Shown here: positions 42,086-52,656 of the stretch, in pieces
How positions within the stretch are numbered: the stretch's first letter is position 1
How the letters are laid out: every line of letters begins with the position of its first letter
DNA from: Cyanophora paradoxa CCMP329
Taxonomy: Eukaryota; Plantae; Glaucophyta
Assembly: GCA_004431415.1 (NCBI GenBank)
Contig: QPMI01000601.1
Span: 1-64,000 of the forward strand
Reading direction: 5' to 3'
Length of the DNA: 64,000 nucleotides
Made by a program: the position numbers and the translations under genes
Notes under the pieces: model-generated
Told to the model about the DNA's origin: nothing
Seen by the model: only the letters and a program-made list of their open reading frames with translations
Databases searched by the model: none

Positions 42086-45000
42086 TTATTTTTTGCTGCA
42101 ATTGCACCCGTGATGCGCGAGTTGACAATTGTCTTTAAGATGTGGGCGCCTGTTGTTTATGCGATCCACGACGAGCTTGTAATTCGGATCTTGCGGCTCA
42201 ATCGGAATCGGAAGGGAACAGAGCGCACAGGCGCCCTTCTGTTGCTTCTTGCGCTCTAATATCCACTCCGGCGTAATATAATCCGCCTCGTCGAAATCGC
42301 GCCCGGCACGCTGATCCTGGCATTTATAACCGCGGATCTTCGTTTTCAGATATTCGATGTAGTCATGCTTTCCTTGGAACTTGTGAATCGGTGTATAAAT
42401 CAGCACAGTAGACAGATCGCGGTTACGAGTGAGCGCGGTATAGAACCATTCGCGAGTGGTATAGCGGAACGTAGCCTCACAAATGACAATGCCCGAATCA
42501 AGTGTGAGACCTTGCGTTGAATGACCTGTTCCTGCATAAGGGAGAGAAAAATGTTCTAACATCGCGCACGGAACCTCGAACGTGACGCCATCGAAAACGT
42601 CAGTTAATGTGACCATTTGCTTTGTGATTTTGGTGATTCGATAGGTGTAATTCGTGTATGCGTTAACAGACTCGCCCTCAGACCGCGAAATGCGTAGATA
42701 CCTGCGACAAACGACTTCCAGACCTTTGTAGAATTTGATGCCGTTGACCTCTACGGTTGCAATATTTACTTTTCGTCTATCGTGCATCAGTTTGTTGTAG
42801 GCTAAGGTCATTTCGTTTCTGTAAGCGATGCCAAAGTAGCCGTCGGGAATAGCGTTTAGATCATTAATTGTCGGCAACCCGTATTTCGAGATAATCTGTG
42901 CGGCTTCCAGTCCGTTTTCGAAGAGATCCTCTTTAATCGCCCGAATTAATTCACGGTCTGTCTCCTTCTTGTGCCGCTTGTTAATGCGTAGACTCAGAAC
43001 GTTCGGGAACATGCTTTGCACCGCACGCTTATAGTAGCCCTTGCGATCAGAAACCGATAGCTCATCATTAATCGGTTCATTTTGATAGGTGTCGCCATTA
43101 GCTAAATATTTGATATCCGGATAGCGATCGATAAACGACTTGATCTTAGCGAGATCTTTTACAGAATACGCGAATATCTCGTCGAACATAATGTGGCTGA
43201 ACTCGGAGACGAACGCCCTCTGGTCTTTTTCGCTCATAGCCTCTTCGTAGGTCTGATCATTGGAGACACGGATCCCGAGAACATTATACAAAGTACGAAC
43301 GGTAATATTCTCGATTCCGCGGACTTTGAGAGAGTCCCTTAGCTCTGCGCACTGTTTGTTATAGGGGCAAATAACTAAGCAATTCGACTTTTGAGATGCG
43401 AAACAGTTAACTCCGAGGGTCGATTTTCCACTACCGGGCATGTCAGCAAGGACAAGCATACGATTATGGAGCTCCGCGACCCGATTAAAGCACTCCGGAT
43501 TAAATTCGTCCCTCAGCGAGAACCGGTTAATGAGTGTGTCGGGATCCTGAATTTCGAGAGTTACACCCCGTGGTGGGCGGAGTGCATTCTCAGGGCATCT
43601 TTTCCCGGGAATATAGCTGAATTTGCCCATGTTCTCAAACGCATTTCGGTCGAACTCTTTCTTACTTGTCCATGAACCTTCGATATATAGGCAATCCGTT
43701 CTGATCCCGGCAACCTTGTGCCCGCGCGCTGTCAGGCGCTTGTATTGCGCGAACATATTAGCGCGGTTACGATCGTAAATATGAAAGTGGATAGGAAGGA
43801 ATCCGTTAACGAGCTCGCGGTGGGAGCTGATCTTAACGAAATAGATGTGACCTTCGAATTCGCTAAGAGCTTTGACACGTTTCGAATTCTTAGGATTGAA
43901 AGTAAACACCTCTACTGTTCCTCCGCATTCTTGGGCGAACCTTTCAGCCTCGGCACGGTTGTAGAACATTTTCGTGGATGTTTGCGAGTCTTGGAATTTG
44001 CCGAGCATTCCGATCTCTTTCACTAAAATGTGCTTCTTGTCCGTGTTTTGAATGTCGCTTGACAGCACTTTCTTCATCTCAGCGATCGACGTATTGGGCA
44101 CCAAATGCGAAGGCTCCGCGACCGCGATAATCTCTATCTTGTCCTTTACGTCCGCCCAGTGCATGGCGAGAGTGTAGCCTGTCATGAAATTATAACAGCG
44201 ACCACTCACTGAAAATGCGCGATCCAGAATAATTTCGACTCCATCAATCTTGCGAGACATGGCGGCATCATAATCTACATCCTCATCGTCGGCGAAAGTC
44301 GCTTGCTCTCTCTCAAACGCGACCACACGCACGTAGTAGATCGCGTATTCGAGAATATCGCTTCCCACTTTAAAGGGAACGAAGTCATCGAATACATTGT
44401 ATTTCGGAAGATATTGCATGCCTTTCAGTATCGAAGGGTAGCACTTCGCCATATCGACGGCTGTGTAGGTGGCTTTCGGGTTCGGCTTATAGAAATAGCC
44501 GCTTAGTGCGGATCGCTTGTAGTGCGTGAGAATTTCGCGCATGTTCGGACTGTAATGTGAGATATTCGTCGCATTTAGAAGCGACTCGCGGAAACCCTTC
44601 CCGATTTCACAGACCTTATTATAATACTCCTCTGTTTCGAAATCTTGCTCAATAAAGTGGTCTGTTGTGCGCGGATCTTTGATAGAGAACATGGAGCCAT
44701 TAGCTTTGAATGTGATGCTGTCGATCTGTTTCGATGGTGTAAGCTTCACAGCGGGCTCATATCGCATTTTCAGGAACGTAAATAGAAGCCCTTCCAGACC
44801 TTCGCGCCCAGTATAAAGAATGCGGATGAAACTGCGCTCGTCAGGCGATAGTTTAAGTTGCGTGATCTTTAACAAATCCTTGGATGTGTGCGCGAAGATA
44901 TCGTAAGTAAGACACGTCGGAATTTTATAGAGTGCTAACGAAGAGTTGGACTTAGGAACATGATTATCGAGCTCTTCGACCTCCATCTTTGCCATGCGCA

Positions 45001-46396
45001 TTTCGAGCGACTTGATGTTATCGTTGAATATATAGATGTGCTTGTTGTGAATCATAAAGTGAATATTGCGGGGAAAGATGTTTTTGTTAATTGATTCCGC
45101 CGCGAATTTGTATATTAACTTACCGTCGACATCAAAGACGCGGAAGCCTGTCTGAATTCTCTTACAGAATTTCTCGATATGGCGGAGGGTGAGAGCCAGA
45201 GAGTCGCCAGGTGTGCGTTCGCGACCGTGAAAGAATTTATAGAGACCGTCGTACGACATAGTTAAGTCAGTATATCGCGGTTTTGGCGCCTCCTGACACT
45301 TCTTAATGGACGCTCCCCATGTGGAGATGATCATATCATAGCCGCAAGCGTTAGATGTCGATGATTTGGGAAGCTCAATAACATCTTCGAACTCAGACGC
45401 GTTTGGATTTAATGTATAGTCTGTGAATTTGCTCATAATCGCGGTGCATCGCATACTGTCCATGAGCTCCTCATCCAGAAACGCGTAGCGATTTCCAGGA
45501 ATAGCACCGGCTCCGTCATCTTCGACACCTTCGTCCCCATCGATCGCGATCTCATGAACAGTTATAAAGGCATCATCGACACTGCCGCCAAAATCATCGA
45601 AACCTTTGCGTAGTTTTTTCTGTTCCTCGGTTGGTGGTGTCTTAAAGAAGAACATCTCGTATGCTTGTCCGAAAGTTCCCAGACGAATCTTCAATTCATC
45701 GTAGTTTTCGAGTAAATCGAAGATTGAATCTCTCTCTTCCGAATAATAACGATTTTGAGCGGTGAGAATTCCATACACTCTATCGATTTTTGCCAGAGCA
45801 AAGTTTCTCAACACCCTCACCGAAACTGTCTCTCTTATATTGCGGTAGGTGACAAAGGTTCTGTCTGGTATATTTAATTCGGGAATTCCGGGAATAACAA
45901 TTACCTCCGTCGACCGAGCACCGGATCCAGGCGCCCACATCTTGAACGTAATTGTTGCGAGAGTTTCCGGATCGTATGCGGCGATTGGGTCGAGAATAGT
46001 GCGTTTAATCGCATCCTCTACCGCTTTTAGTTTACCTCTCTGCTGCTTCGCTTCGAGTTTCGCTTCTTTCGCTCGTTTCTGTTCTTGCTTGCGATCGAAG
46101 CGCTGTAAACGCTTAGCCTCTTGTTCTTTTTGCTTCTGCTTTTCTATATTAACTTGGGTGCGAGCGGCGCGCTTTTCTTTCCGCTCTGCCCTGCGGAAAA
46201 CGCGGGGATTAATGATTCCATTCAGAGTATCCCGAATGTCGATCAGCGTTTGGAGCTTGGGCTTCCGATTCATTGTGTTGTGCATCGCCCAATGCGCCTG
46301 TTCTTCGGTTAGCAAATCCTGACTCAATCCCTGCATAATGTATCCGATAATCTCCTCCCGAACATTGTTAGCGATTCTGTTGGCTGCGCGCGGCAT
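42086..46396 (-). CDS. 1436-aa fusion: divergent family B polymerase + SF1 (RecD/Pif1-like) helicase + C-terminal HNH nuclease
   Basis: AVDMAKCYPS (motif A), KHILVKEIG (B-like), GIRTDCL (C-like); MPGSGKST, MFDEI, GDTYQNEP, TGHSTQGLT, FYTALTR; CALC...VDRINNRRPHLKDNCQLAHHGCN. Confidence 0.8.
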   Translation of the reverse strand: MPRAANRIANNVREEIIGYIMQGLSQDLLTEEQAHWAMHNTMNRKPKLQTLIDIRDTLNGIINPRVFRRAERKEKRAARTQVNIEKQKQKEQEAKRLQRFDRKQEQKRAKEAKLEAKQQRGKLKAVEDAIKRTILDPIAAYDPETLATITFKMWAPGSGARSTEVIVIPGIPELNIPDRTFVTYRNIRETVSVRVLRNFALAKIDRVYGILTAQNRYYSEERDSIFDLLENYDELKIRLGTFGQAYEMFFFKTPPTEEQKKLRKGFDDFGGSVDDAFITVHEIAIDGDEGVEDDGAGAIPGNRYAFLDEELMDSMRCTAIMSKFTDYTLNPNASEFEDVIELPKSSTSNACGYDMIISTWGASIKKCQEAPKPRYTDLTMSYDGLYKFFHGRERTPGDSLALTLRHIEKFCKRIQTGFRVFDVDGKLIYKFAAESINKNIFPRNIHFMIHNKHIYIFNDNIKSLEMRMAKMEVEELDNHVPKSNSSLALYKIPTCLTYDIFAHTSKDLLKITQLKLSPDERSFIRILYTGREGLEGLLFTFLKMRYEPAVKLTPSKQIDSITFKANGSMFSIKDPRTTDHFIEQDFETEEYYNKVCEIGKGFRESLLNATNISHYSPNMREILTHYKRSALSGYFYKPNPKATYTAVDMAKCYPSILKGMQYLPKYNVFDDFVPFKVGSDILEYAIYYVRVVAFEREQATFADDEDVDYDAAMSRKIDGVEIILDRAFSVSGRCYNFMTGYTLAMHWADVKDKIEIIAVAEPSHLVPNTSIAEMKKVLSSDIQNTDKKHILVKEIGMLGKFQDSQTSTKMFYNRAEAERFAQECGGTVEVFTFNPKNSKRVKALSEFEGHIYFVKISSHRELVNGFLPIHFHIYDRNRANMFAQYKRLTARGHKVAGIRTDCLYIEGSWTSKKEFDRNAFENMGKFSYIPGKRCPENALRPPRGVTLEIQDPDTLINRFSLRDEFNPECFNRVAELHNRMLVLADMPGSGKSTLGVNCFASQKSNCLVICPYNKQCAELRDSLKVRGIENITVRTLYNVLGIRVSNDQTYEEAMSEKDQRAFVSEFSHIMFDEIFAYSVKDLAKIKSFIDRYPDIKYLANGDTYQNEPINDELSVSDRKGYYKRAVQSMFPNVLSLRINKRHKKETDRELIRAIKEDLFENGLEAAQIISKYGLPTINDLNAIPDGYFGIAYRNEMTLAYNKLMHDRRKVNIATVEVNGIKFYKGLEVVCRRYLRISRSEGESVNAYTNYTYRITKITKQMVTLTDVFDGVTFEVPCAMLEHFSLPYAGTGHSTQGLTLDSGIVICEATFRYTTREWFYTALTRNRDLSTVLIYTPIHKFQGKHDYIEYLKTKIRGYKCQDQRAGRDFDEADYITPEWILERKKQQKGACALCSLPIPIEPQDPNYKLVVDRINNRRPHLKDNCQLAHHGCNCSKK

Positions 46397-46415
46397 CTCT
46401 ATTAGTTCTTTTAAA

Positions 46416-46438
46416 ATAACCGGAGAAAATAATTTCGG
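46416..46438 (-). promoter_or_regulatory. Putative promoter motif of element C genes (minus strand: TATTTTCTCCG)
   Basis: CGGAGAAAATA recurs at ~40660, ~46421, ~46990 and ~47548, each 10-35 nt upstream of a minus-strand ATG. Confidence 0.65.
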
Positions 46439-46565
46439 CGCAATCTACCAAATCCTCCTTTTCATACCCTTGTTGTTAATTCCTTAAATGCTTTTTCGAC
46501 GGATACGGGGAATAAAAAGGGAGGTAAAAAATTAATCATTTTTTGCGTCGTACGGATACTTTCCG

Positions 46566-46979
46566 CTACGAATTTTTCGCGTTCTCGACGACATGCTTTC
46601 GGGGTCTCCCAGCGGGCTTTTGCGGCTGGGGCTTCACCGGCGGATTCAGCTTTCGTTCCGCTCTTTTTCTGCGTTGGTATTCCCGTGCCTTTTCCCTGAT
46701 TTTCTCCCGATACTCTTCATCGTCTTGGTATCGCTGCTGTTTACGAATTGCGATCTTTTGTAGCTGCTCCGGGGTAAATACGGTCGCTTCCCCTGCGGCT
46801 AATCGCTCTTGCTTTTGTCTCTGATGCTTGTTTCGCTGCCGCTCTGCATCTTTCTCGCGTTTTAGTCTTAATCTCTCCGCTTTCTCCTCTTCTGTGATCA
46901 CCTTCTTCGGTCGCCCTGGTCTGCGCTTTTCTTGCTGTGCCGCCATTGCCTCTTGGTTTGAAATCTTGGGTTTCGCCAT
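46566..46979 (-). CDS. Basic helical protein with two AT-hooks
   Basis: RRPGRPKK and PAGRPRK flanking a K/R/E-rich helix with YQDDEEYRE. Confidence 0.7.
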   Translation of the reverse strand: MAKPKISNQEAMAAQQEKRRPGRPKKVITEEEKAERLRLKREKDAERQRNKHQRQKQERLAAGEATVFTPEQLQKIAIRKQQRYQDDEEYREKIREKAREYQRRKRAERKLNPPVKPQPQKPAGRPRKHVVENAKNS

Positions 46980-47103
46980 TTACTATAACCGGAGAAAATA
47001 GTTTTTTGTCACTCTGTATTATTTCCCTTGCCCTTATATACCTTTTACCGAAACCTTCAATTTTTGCCCTCGGATCGATAGGAGCACCACCGAAATTCAC
47101 CGC

Positions 47104-47517
47104 TCAATAACCGTTCCAGACGGTTCTTTCTTGTTGCTGAGGATATACATAAGGGTTTGTTAAGCTGTCATCGTCGCCTAATGCCATTTGATCCAATCTA
47201 TACATCGGATAAGGTGAATCAGCGCGCAAATGCCCTTCCACAAATTCGGGACATGATCGCCTTCTAATATGCTCTACATGCACGTCCTCTATCTGAGCGG
47301 TTTCAATATTAGAACTCATAGCCGCGGGCACAGGCGAGGGCGATCGAGATCTTGGGTGGTTGTGATTGTCGCTGTGGTTAGAATATACAGAAAGGCGCCT
47401 ACCTCCATTGTCTTCATCGCTTATATCAACCTCTACGGTTGTGTCGCAGCAAGAGTTGTGGCACGTGCTTGTGAAATGCAAATGAAACATTTCAATGCAT
47501 TGTGTGATGAAATTCAT
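47104..47517 (-). CDS. SCCDTT-motif small protein (homologue of 20881-21147)
   Basis: Conserved first ~33 aa, then a Ser-rich disordered tail. Confidence 0.75.
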   Translation of the reverse strand: MNFITQCIEMFHLHFTSTCHNSCCDTTVEVDISDEDNGGRRLSVYSNHSDNHNHPRSRSPSPVPAAMSSNIETAQIEDVHVEHIRRRSCPEFVEGHLRADSPYPMYRLDQMALGDDDSLTNPYVYPQQQERTVWNGY

Positions 47518-47721
47518 CGACCCTACAAATGGGCAACGTATTAAATATCGGAGAAAATAAAAGGGAATGAGGGCTTTACTTGCTCGTGTGTTCCCCTACG
47601 AATTGGTCGACCTTATAATGCTGTTTATGGAGCCGACATGCCCGTTTTGCAAGGGCATTCATATTAAGACCCGCTCTAAATACGGGCGGATTCAGCTTTG
47701 CCTTGCGGATATTCACAGCCA

Positions 47722-48405
47722 TTAGCGGATATGGCGTTTACCACCAAGCATTGCGGCATAATTTACGGGTGCAGTCGGCACTATATGTGCATATTGCGGG
47801 GCGACCGATTGCTGACGAGTCACGGCTTGCGCATCTGTCTTTTCCTCCTTTTTAATCTCCTCTACGTCGACCTTTTGCTTTAATCCGAGTTTCGAGATCT
47901 CTTTCTTTACGAGCCCCTTTAATTTCTTGCGTTCGTTATAATCTTGCATCCATTTCTCGTAGTTTGACACTTTCATTTCAAGATCTCGCACTTTCTCTTC
48001 GAAGCTCATGACAACGTCGACTGGAACAGTGTGTTTTTGATAGGATCCGCGCTTTTTAAGCTCGGTTTCGGCGGCTTTCGGGACGTCTTGTGTCTTGTGC
48101 TGGCTTGCAACAACTTGCGCTTTGAGTACTTTGTCGGTTGCTTCATCAACAGAGCCGCCTCCAATCTGTGGTTTTACAGTAGCTAAATCCTCCATTTGGC
48201 GTTTACCGCTATCTTGGTTTCCCTTGTCCGCGGTGGCACTCGCAATAATTGCCTCTTGCTTGGCAACCTCCTCTGGCGAAGTGTCTACAAGATATTCGGG
48301 CATTTCGAGACCGCCACCCGACGTTAATCCAGACTCTTCAAGTCCGCGATTTGGATTACCAGAAGCGACCGTTTGAATGGTTTGAGGCTTCTTTCGGTAG
48401 ACCAT
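47722..48405 (-). CDS. Coiled-coil protein downstream of ATPase (homologue of 21432-22166)
   Basis: DKV......H.VP......KV.DLE.K.S..E.....ER.KLK....KE..K.G shared with the B gene. Confidence 0.75.
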   Translation of the reverse strand: MVYRKKPQTIQTVASGNPNRGLEESGLTSGGGLEMPEYLVDTSPEEVAKQEAIIASATADKGNQDSGKRQMEDLATVKPQIGGGSVDEATDKVLKAQVVASQHKTQDVPKAAETELKKRGSYQKHTVPVDVVMSFEEKVRDLEMKVSNYEKWMQDYNERKKLKGLVKKEISKLGLKQKVDVEEIKKEEKTDAQAVTRQQSVAPQYAHIVPTAPVNYAAMLGGKRHIR

Positions 48406-48407
48406 GA

Positions 48408-49274
48408 TTATCTTCTCTTACATTTGATTAACATTTTCTTTTTCTTAGGCGAAATTTGGGAAAGTTTTGGGATACCTTCAAGCTCACGTTCAAATTTGGA
48501 TAAAGTTTTACAGACAGTTGTCGAATCTTTGACAGGCGGCGGTTTTGTAGCTTGCTCCTCTTGCTGTTTGCGCTTCTTTTCTTCAAAAGCCGCCCGCTTG
48601 TGGAATTTAGTAAACGGATGGTCATCGATCATATCGGCTTTTTCGACCCACCATCGCACAGAATACCCGGTATTATCGTGAATGATCGCTTGGTAGCTAT
48701 GACAGAATTCTTGGAACATGCGCTTGAAACTCTCTTTATCCATGTTCCCGAATTCCTCGTGATATGCTTCAAACTCTCGCATGTTTGACCAGCTTAGGAA
48801 TATGATATACTCCGCATTGCTGCGAATGATCGTTGACAGCTTTGTTAGTTTCTGCGATATTAAAGCGACGCTACAAAACGTATGACGACCTTGCGCCATC
48901 AATTTATTTAGCAAATGATCGCGCGAAAGATCGATAGTTCCGGACTCCAAACAATCGTCGAGCACGATAAGAATATTCTTTGGTTTCTTACCCGCAATGA
49001 TAGCCTTTTTGCGGGCTTCTATGATCGACTCTACGTATTCCGGTTTCCAGGTATCATGCACTTCGTCTGTTATTTGACCCCAGAAACCGTTAAAACTCGT
49101 AGGACAGAAAACCAGAACATACGAGATCTGGTCTTCGAGTTCTTTGATCAGCCACTTTAAGAATACCGATTTACCACAATTGGTTTTCGCCAATAGGAGA
49201 AATCGTGCGGGAAGTTTCACCCTTTGTTTCGGGTTCCATTCTTCGAGATCCATGGGCGTCGTCCCTTTTTGCAT
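48408..49274 (-). CDS. A32/FtsK-like packaging ATPase (element C)
   Basis: AKTNCGKS, LIVLDD, QGRH....ISQ, IIRSNAEY; likely start at 49274 or 49253. Confidence 0.9.
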   Translation of the reverse strand: MQKGTTPMDLEEWNPKQRVKLPARFLLLAKTNCGKSVFLKWLIKELEDQISYVLVFCPTSFNGFWGQITDEVHDTWKPEYVESIIEARKKAIIAGKKPKNILIVLDDCLESGTIDLSRDHLLNKLMAQGRHTFCSVALISQKLTKLSTIIRSNAEYIIFLSWSNMREFEAYHEEFGNMDKESFKRMFQEFCHSYQAIIHDNTGYSVRWWVEKADMIDDHPFTKFHKRAAFEEKKRKQQEEQATKPPPVKDSTTVCKTLSKFERELEGIPKLSQISPKKKKMLIKCKRR

Positions 49275-49332
49275 TCTTTCACTATAAAAACAATAGAAAA
49301 ATAAGACTGACTGTGGTAATCTCACGAATTCC

Positions 49333-50356
49333 TTAGCTACTTACTCTGCGAATACCATCAGCTCCGATTATCATGATATTATGAGCGAGGGCAATGCACT
49401 GAATTTGCATCTTCTGATAAGCGGCACCCGCATACCACTCCTCATTACCGACTCCACCGGCTGTGACACCATTGAATTCGAAGACCAGATCGAACGCCGA
49501 TGTGCCTGTGGCATCGATGTAGCCCGTGTTCTCTTGGTTGAGAAGCGACGCCTTTCCGTTTCCAGCACCGAAGTAAATGCCAGTGAGAGCGGGGTAGCTT
49601 GTGCTCTCGGTAAAGATCGCCGAATTATATTTATCTTGAAGTTCGGTCGCGGCAATCATGAGAGGAAGCGAAGTATTCGAGTAAAGGCGGTTATTGTTGA
49701 GTTCCACATAGAAGTTCACAGCGTTGGTTCGGAGTGCACGAGGAGCCAGAACCGAGAGAGTTCCGTTGTTCACCTTCGTCTTCGCGTTTTGGCGCACAGA
49801 GAATACGAGAGTGTGGATGAGACCCGCACCTGTGAGTTGCGAGAGATTGACTCGCGAACCGGAGGCGGTCGGCTGGAAATCTGTGTGGAGGAAACCGATT
49901 TCGTTGTAGGGATCGCGATACCAGTCGATTTTACACGGGCAATGGTCTCAGATACAACCGCCTCATCGGCATTTACGACCTTGCAGATAATGCGGGTTTC
50001 AGCACTTGAAGGGAAGCGCCATTGTTGGTAACCGCAATATTGGCAACATTGTTAGTATCCTCAATGATACCATCACCAATCGCCTTGAATTCGATTTCGA
50101 CCACGATCTCAGAGTTCAGAGCGCAAAGTGGGAACATCGCCTTCTCGAAAGGAGAGGGTAAATCGATTTCGTAGGTTCCACCGACAGTGTTACCAGCGGT
50201 TCCGACAAGACCACCCACATAGCGAAGTTTCTTATCGAGTTCGCCCTGTTCGGTCATCAGTAGAAAATACTGGGTGACGAAATCCTCTGGGACAACGTAG
50301 CGGAATGAAGCGTGAGAGATTTCGATGCGCTTAATCAGCGATCCAATAACGCGAAG
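49333..50356 (-). pseudogene. 5'-truncated major capsid protein gene of element C copy 1
   Basis: RVIGSLIKRIEISHASFRYVVPEDF aligns with RPVGALVERLEFSYGSYTYHVPSDF of the D MCP, and the C-terminus ADGIRRV with KDGIRRI. Roughly the first 95 codons are replaced by the end of copy 2. Confidence 0.75.
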
Positions 50357-50758
50357 GCTCGCATGCAGGTCACCCCCACCAATTCGCGCGACCATTTTCA
50401 ATAAGCACATTTACAGCATCGCGAATCTCAGTCACAAAATCGTTAAAAAATCATAAATTCGCACTGAGCCACACTACATTTTTCAAACATCTAACCCTTC
50501 CTTACTGAAACCAATCACGAAACCCTTTAATTCTCCATTTTTCTAATTCCTTACCATTCTCAGTAAGCCCTTTAACCCTCCCCCAATCTCTCAGTAAGGA
50601 CAGTAAGACCCTTATTTTTACGAAATGTTCCCGATCGTTTCCAAACTGTTTACAGTTACCCAAATTGAAAAATCAAGGTGACCCCCACCGATAGCTCAAA
50701 TCAACATATAAAATGCGTTGATCCCCACTTAAAGGTTTCCCGCTATTTAGCTATAAAG

Positions 50759-51082
50759 ATGCCGAGCAATCAACTCCCACTACCCAAACGTAAGCAATGC
50801 ACTATCTGCAAAGTAGATAGACCTGCATCGTGTTTTGGTTTGCGTAAATTAAAAACTGGTAATGTCACATTAAATCCGCGATGCATCGAATGCGACCGTG
50901 ACTATCACGTTGACCTGTATCACAATGTCTTAAAAACGCGTCCGAAGATCGAAGTACAATCGAAGATATGCTCGCACTGCAAGATTGAGAAGCTTGCAAG
51001 TGAGTTTAATAAAAGACAAAGAACGAAGGATGGTCTCAACTATCAATGCCGAGAGTGTTATAGCAAAACTCGTAAGAGTTAA
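50759..51082 (+). CDS. Small protein with two CxxC...CxxC zinc-finger repeats (only a 3' remnant, 38977-39108, in copy 1)
   Basis: CTIC..F......PRCIEC and CSHC..EF....KDGLNYQCREC. Confidence 0.75.
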   Translation: MPSNQLPLPKRKQCTICKVDRPASCFGLRKLKTGNVTLNPRCIECDRDYHVDLYHNVLKTRPKIEVQSKICSHCKIEKLASEFNKRQRTKDGLNYQCRECYSKTRKS

Positions 51083-51884
51083 ACAGAATTTAATTGTATA
51101 GTTTTTAAAGCAAGTTTGTGCATGAGCAAGCATGCCGAAAATGCCCACCTGCACAAACTTGCGAGATCAAGGTAAGCCCCACCGACAAAGTACGACGATA
51201 GACCACGTTAAAATACACTCGCGCCCCGCCCACTATGCAAGATACATGCAAACTACATGCGAGTTATATGAAAAATAAACAATTCAGTCATGTATATATT
51301 TCGTATATATGTCCGAACCTCCGTGTGTGTGATCCCGCACAACTTTGAATTTTTTGTGTTGTTTTTTGTTTTTTTCTCATATGACGACATATACATATAT
51401 ATACCGGCGTCACCGACGTATTCGGGGTCATCACATCGCGGCGATTCCGAAAACATATAGCATGCCACAAAGTAGTATTTTATGTGTTTTTCGATGTTCG
51501 ACCAATCAGAAGCCACTAGAAAGGGGGGAGACCGGTTTTGTGGACACCGGGGATACCCATTTTGTGGACATTTGTGGACACCGGGGATACCCATTTTGTG
51601 GACACCGGGGATACCAGTTTTGTGGTTATTTTGTGGACAAAATGCAAAAAACTGAAAAACAAACAAAAACGAAAAACAACGAAAGACGTAAAAAAACCAA
51701 TTCGAAAAACACTTCAAAAACTCGAAAAACAAACGAAACCGCCACGCAAACCGACAAATCGCTGTATCTCTTCACCAACTCATCGCCTTGCAAAACCAAA
51801 AATAGCGCCGTGACCGTCTTGCCAAGACCAGCACGCCTGTGTAGGTATCATAGGGTCATTAAAATATGTGTCAAATAATTAATA

Positions 51885-52277
51885 ATGGATTCCCGATACC
51901 GCGGCTACCACGTTATGCTCGACTATATAACCGACCCGTTTACTGAGTCCCCGGAGGCATGCGCCGAGTGGATCACAGCGAACCTATCGCAATATATCAC
52001 AGATCGCAATATGCGCATCGTGCACCAGCACACATGCATTTTCGATGGCTCTATTTCCCCTCCCGGTTTCGCGATCGGCTTCTTATTAGATGAGTCGCAT
52101 GCGACAGCTCACTCTTATAGCGACCAGGGGCTATTAGCGATCGATATCTTTACATGCGGGTTAAATGCCGAAGCGAAGACGATGGGTATAGCACGGGACA
52201 TTAACGAACTCATACAAGAAAGGCTGAAAGTTCGAAAGTGGGACTTCCAGGTCGAGCAAAGGTTCCCAATTTCATAA
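51885..52277 (+). CDS. speD: AdoMetDC proenzyme family protein (element C copy 2)
   Basis: Same translation as 39912-40304. Confidence 0.88.
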   Translation: MDSRYRGYHVMLDYITDPFTESPEACAEWITANLSQYITDRNMRIVHQHTCIFDGSISPPGFAIGFLLDESHATAHSYSDQGLLAIDIFTCGLNAEAKTMGIARDINELIQERLKVRKWDFQVEQRFPIS

Positions 52278-52302
52278 AAAATGAAAAAAACGACAGATAT
52301 AT

Positions 52303-52617
52303 TTAATGCTCCTTGATCGGAAACTTGCCCATTAGCGGGTGATCGAGACCCATGACATACCAGGATTTCATAACGGGATCCCAGCGGGCTTTCTCAGCCT
52401 TCGCTTGATCCTTAAATTCATAAGGAATATCGAGGTAAACCTTCACGTTTCTTTGATACACTTGCTCATAGCTTAGAGTTTTGAACTGAGAGCATAGAGA
52501 GTGATCTTTCTTCGTGACATACCAGCATGAATTCTCACGATCCCACTTTCCACCGAGGGATTTCGCAACGTCTTTTTTATCATAGGGAATATCAACATAA
52601 TACTTTTCACCCTCCAT
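52303..52617 (-). CDS. DUF5710-repeat protein (copy 2)
   Basis: Same translation as 40330-40644. Confidence 0.8.
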   Translation of the reverse strand: MEGEKYYVDIPYDKKDVAKSLGGKWDRENSCWYVTKKDHSLCSQFKTLSYEQVYQRNVKVYLDIPYEFKDQAKAEKARWDPVMKSWYVMGLDHPLMGKFPIKEH

Positions 52618-52656
52618 CTCTTTTATATTTACCGGAGAAAATAATTTCGGGGTTTG

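Larger units (their letters stand above)
10957..50356 (-). mobile_element. Element C copy 1 (PLV-like): 10957-11197 plus 38977-50356, split by element B and cut inside its MCP gene by copy 2
   Basis: 10957-11197 equals 50357-50597, and 38977 onward equals 50951 onward. Carries integrase, PolB-helicase fusion, ATPase and MCP. Confidence 0.85.
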
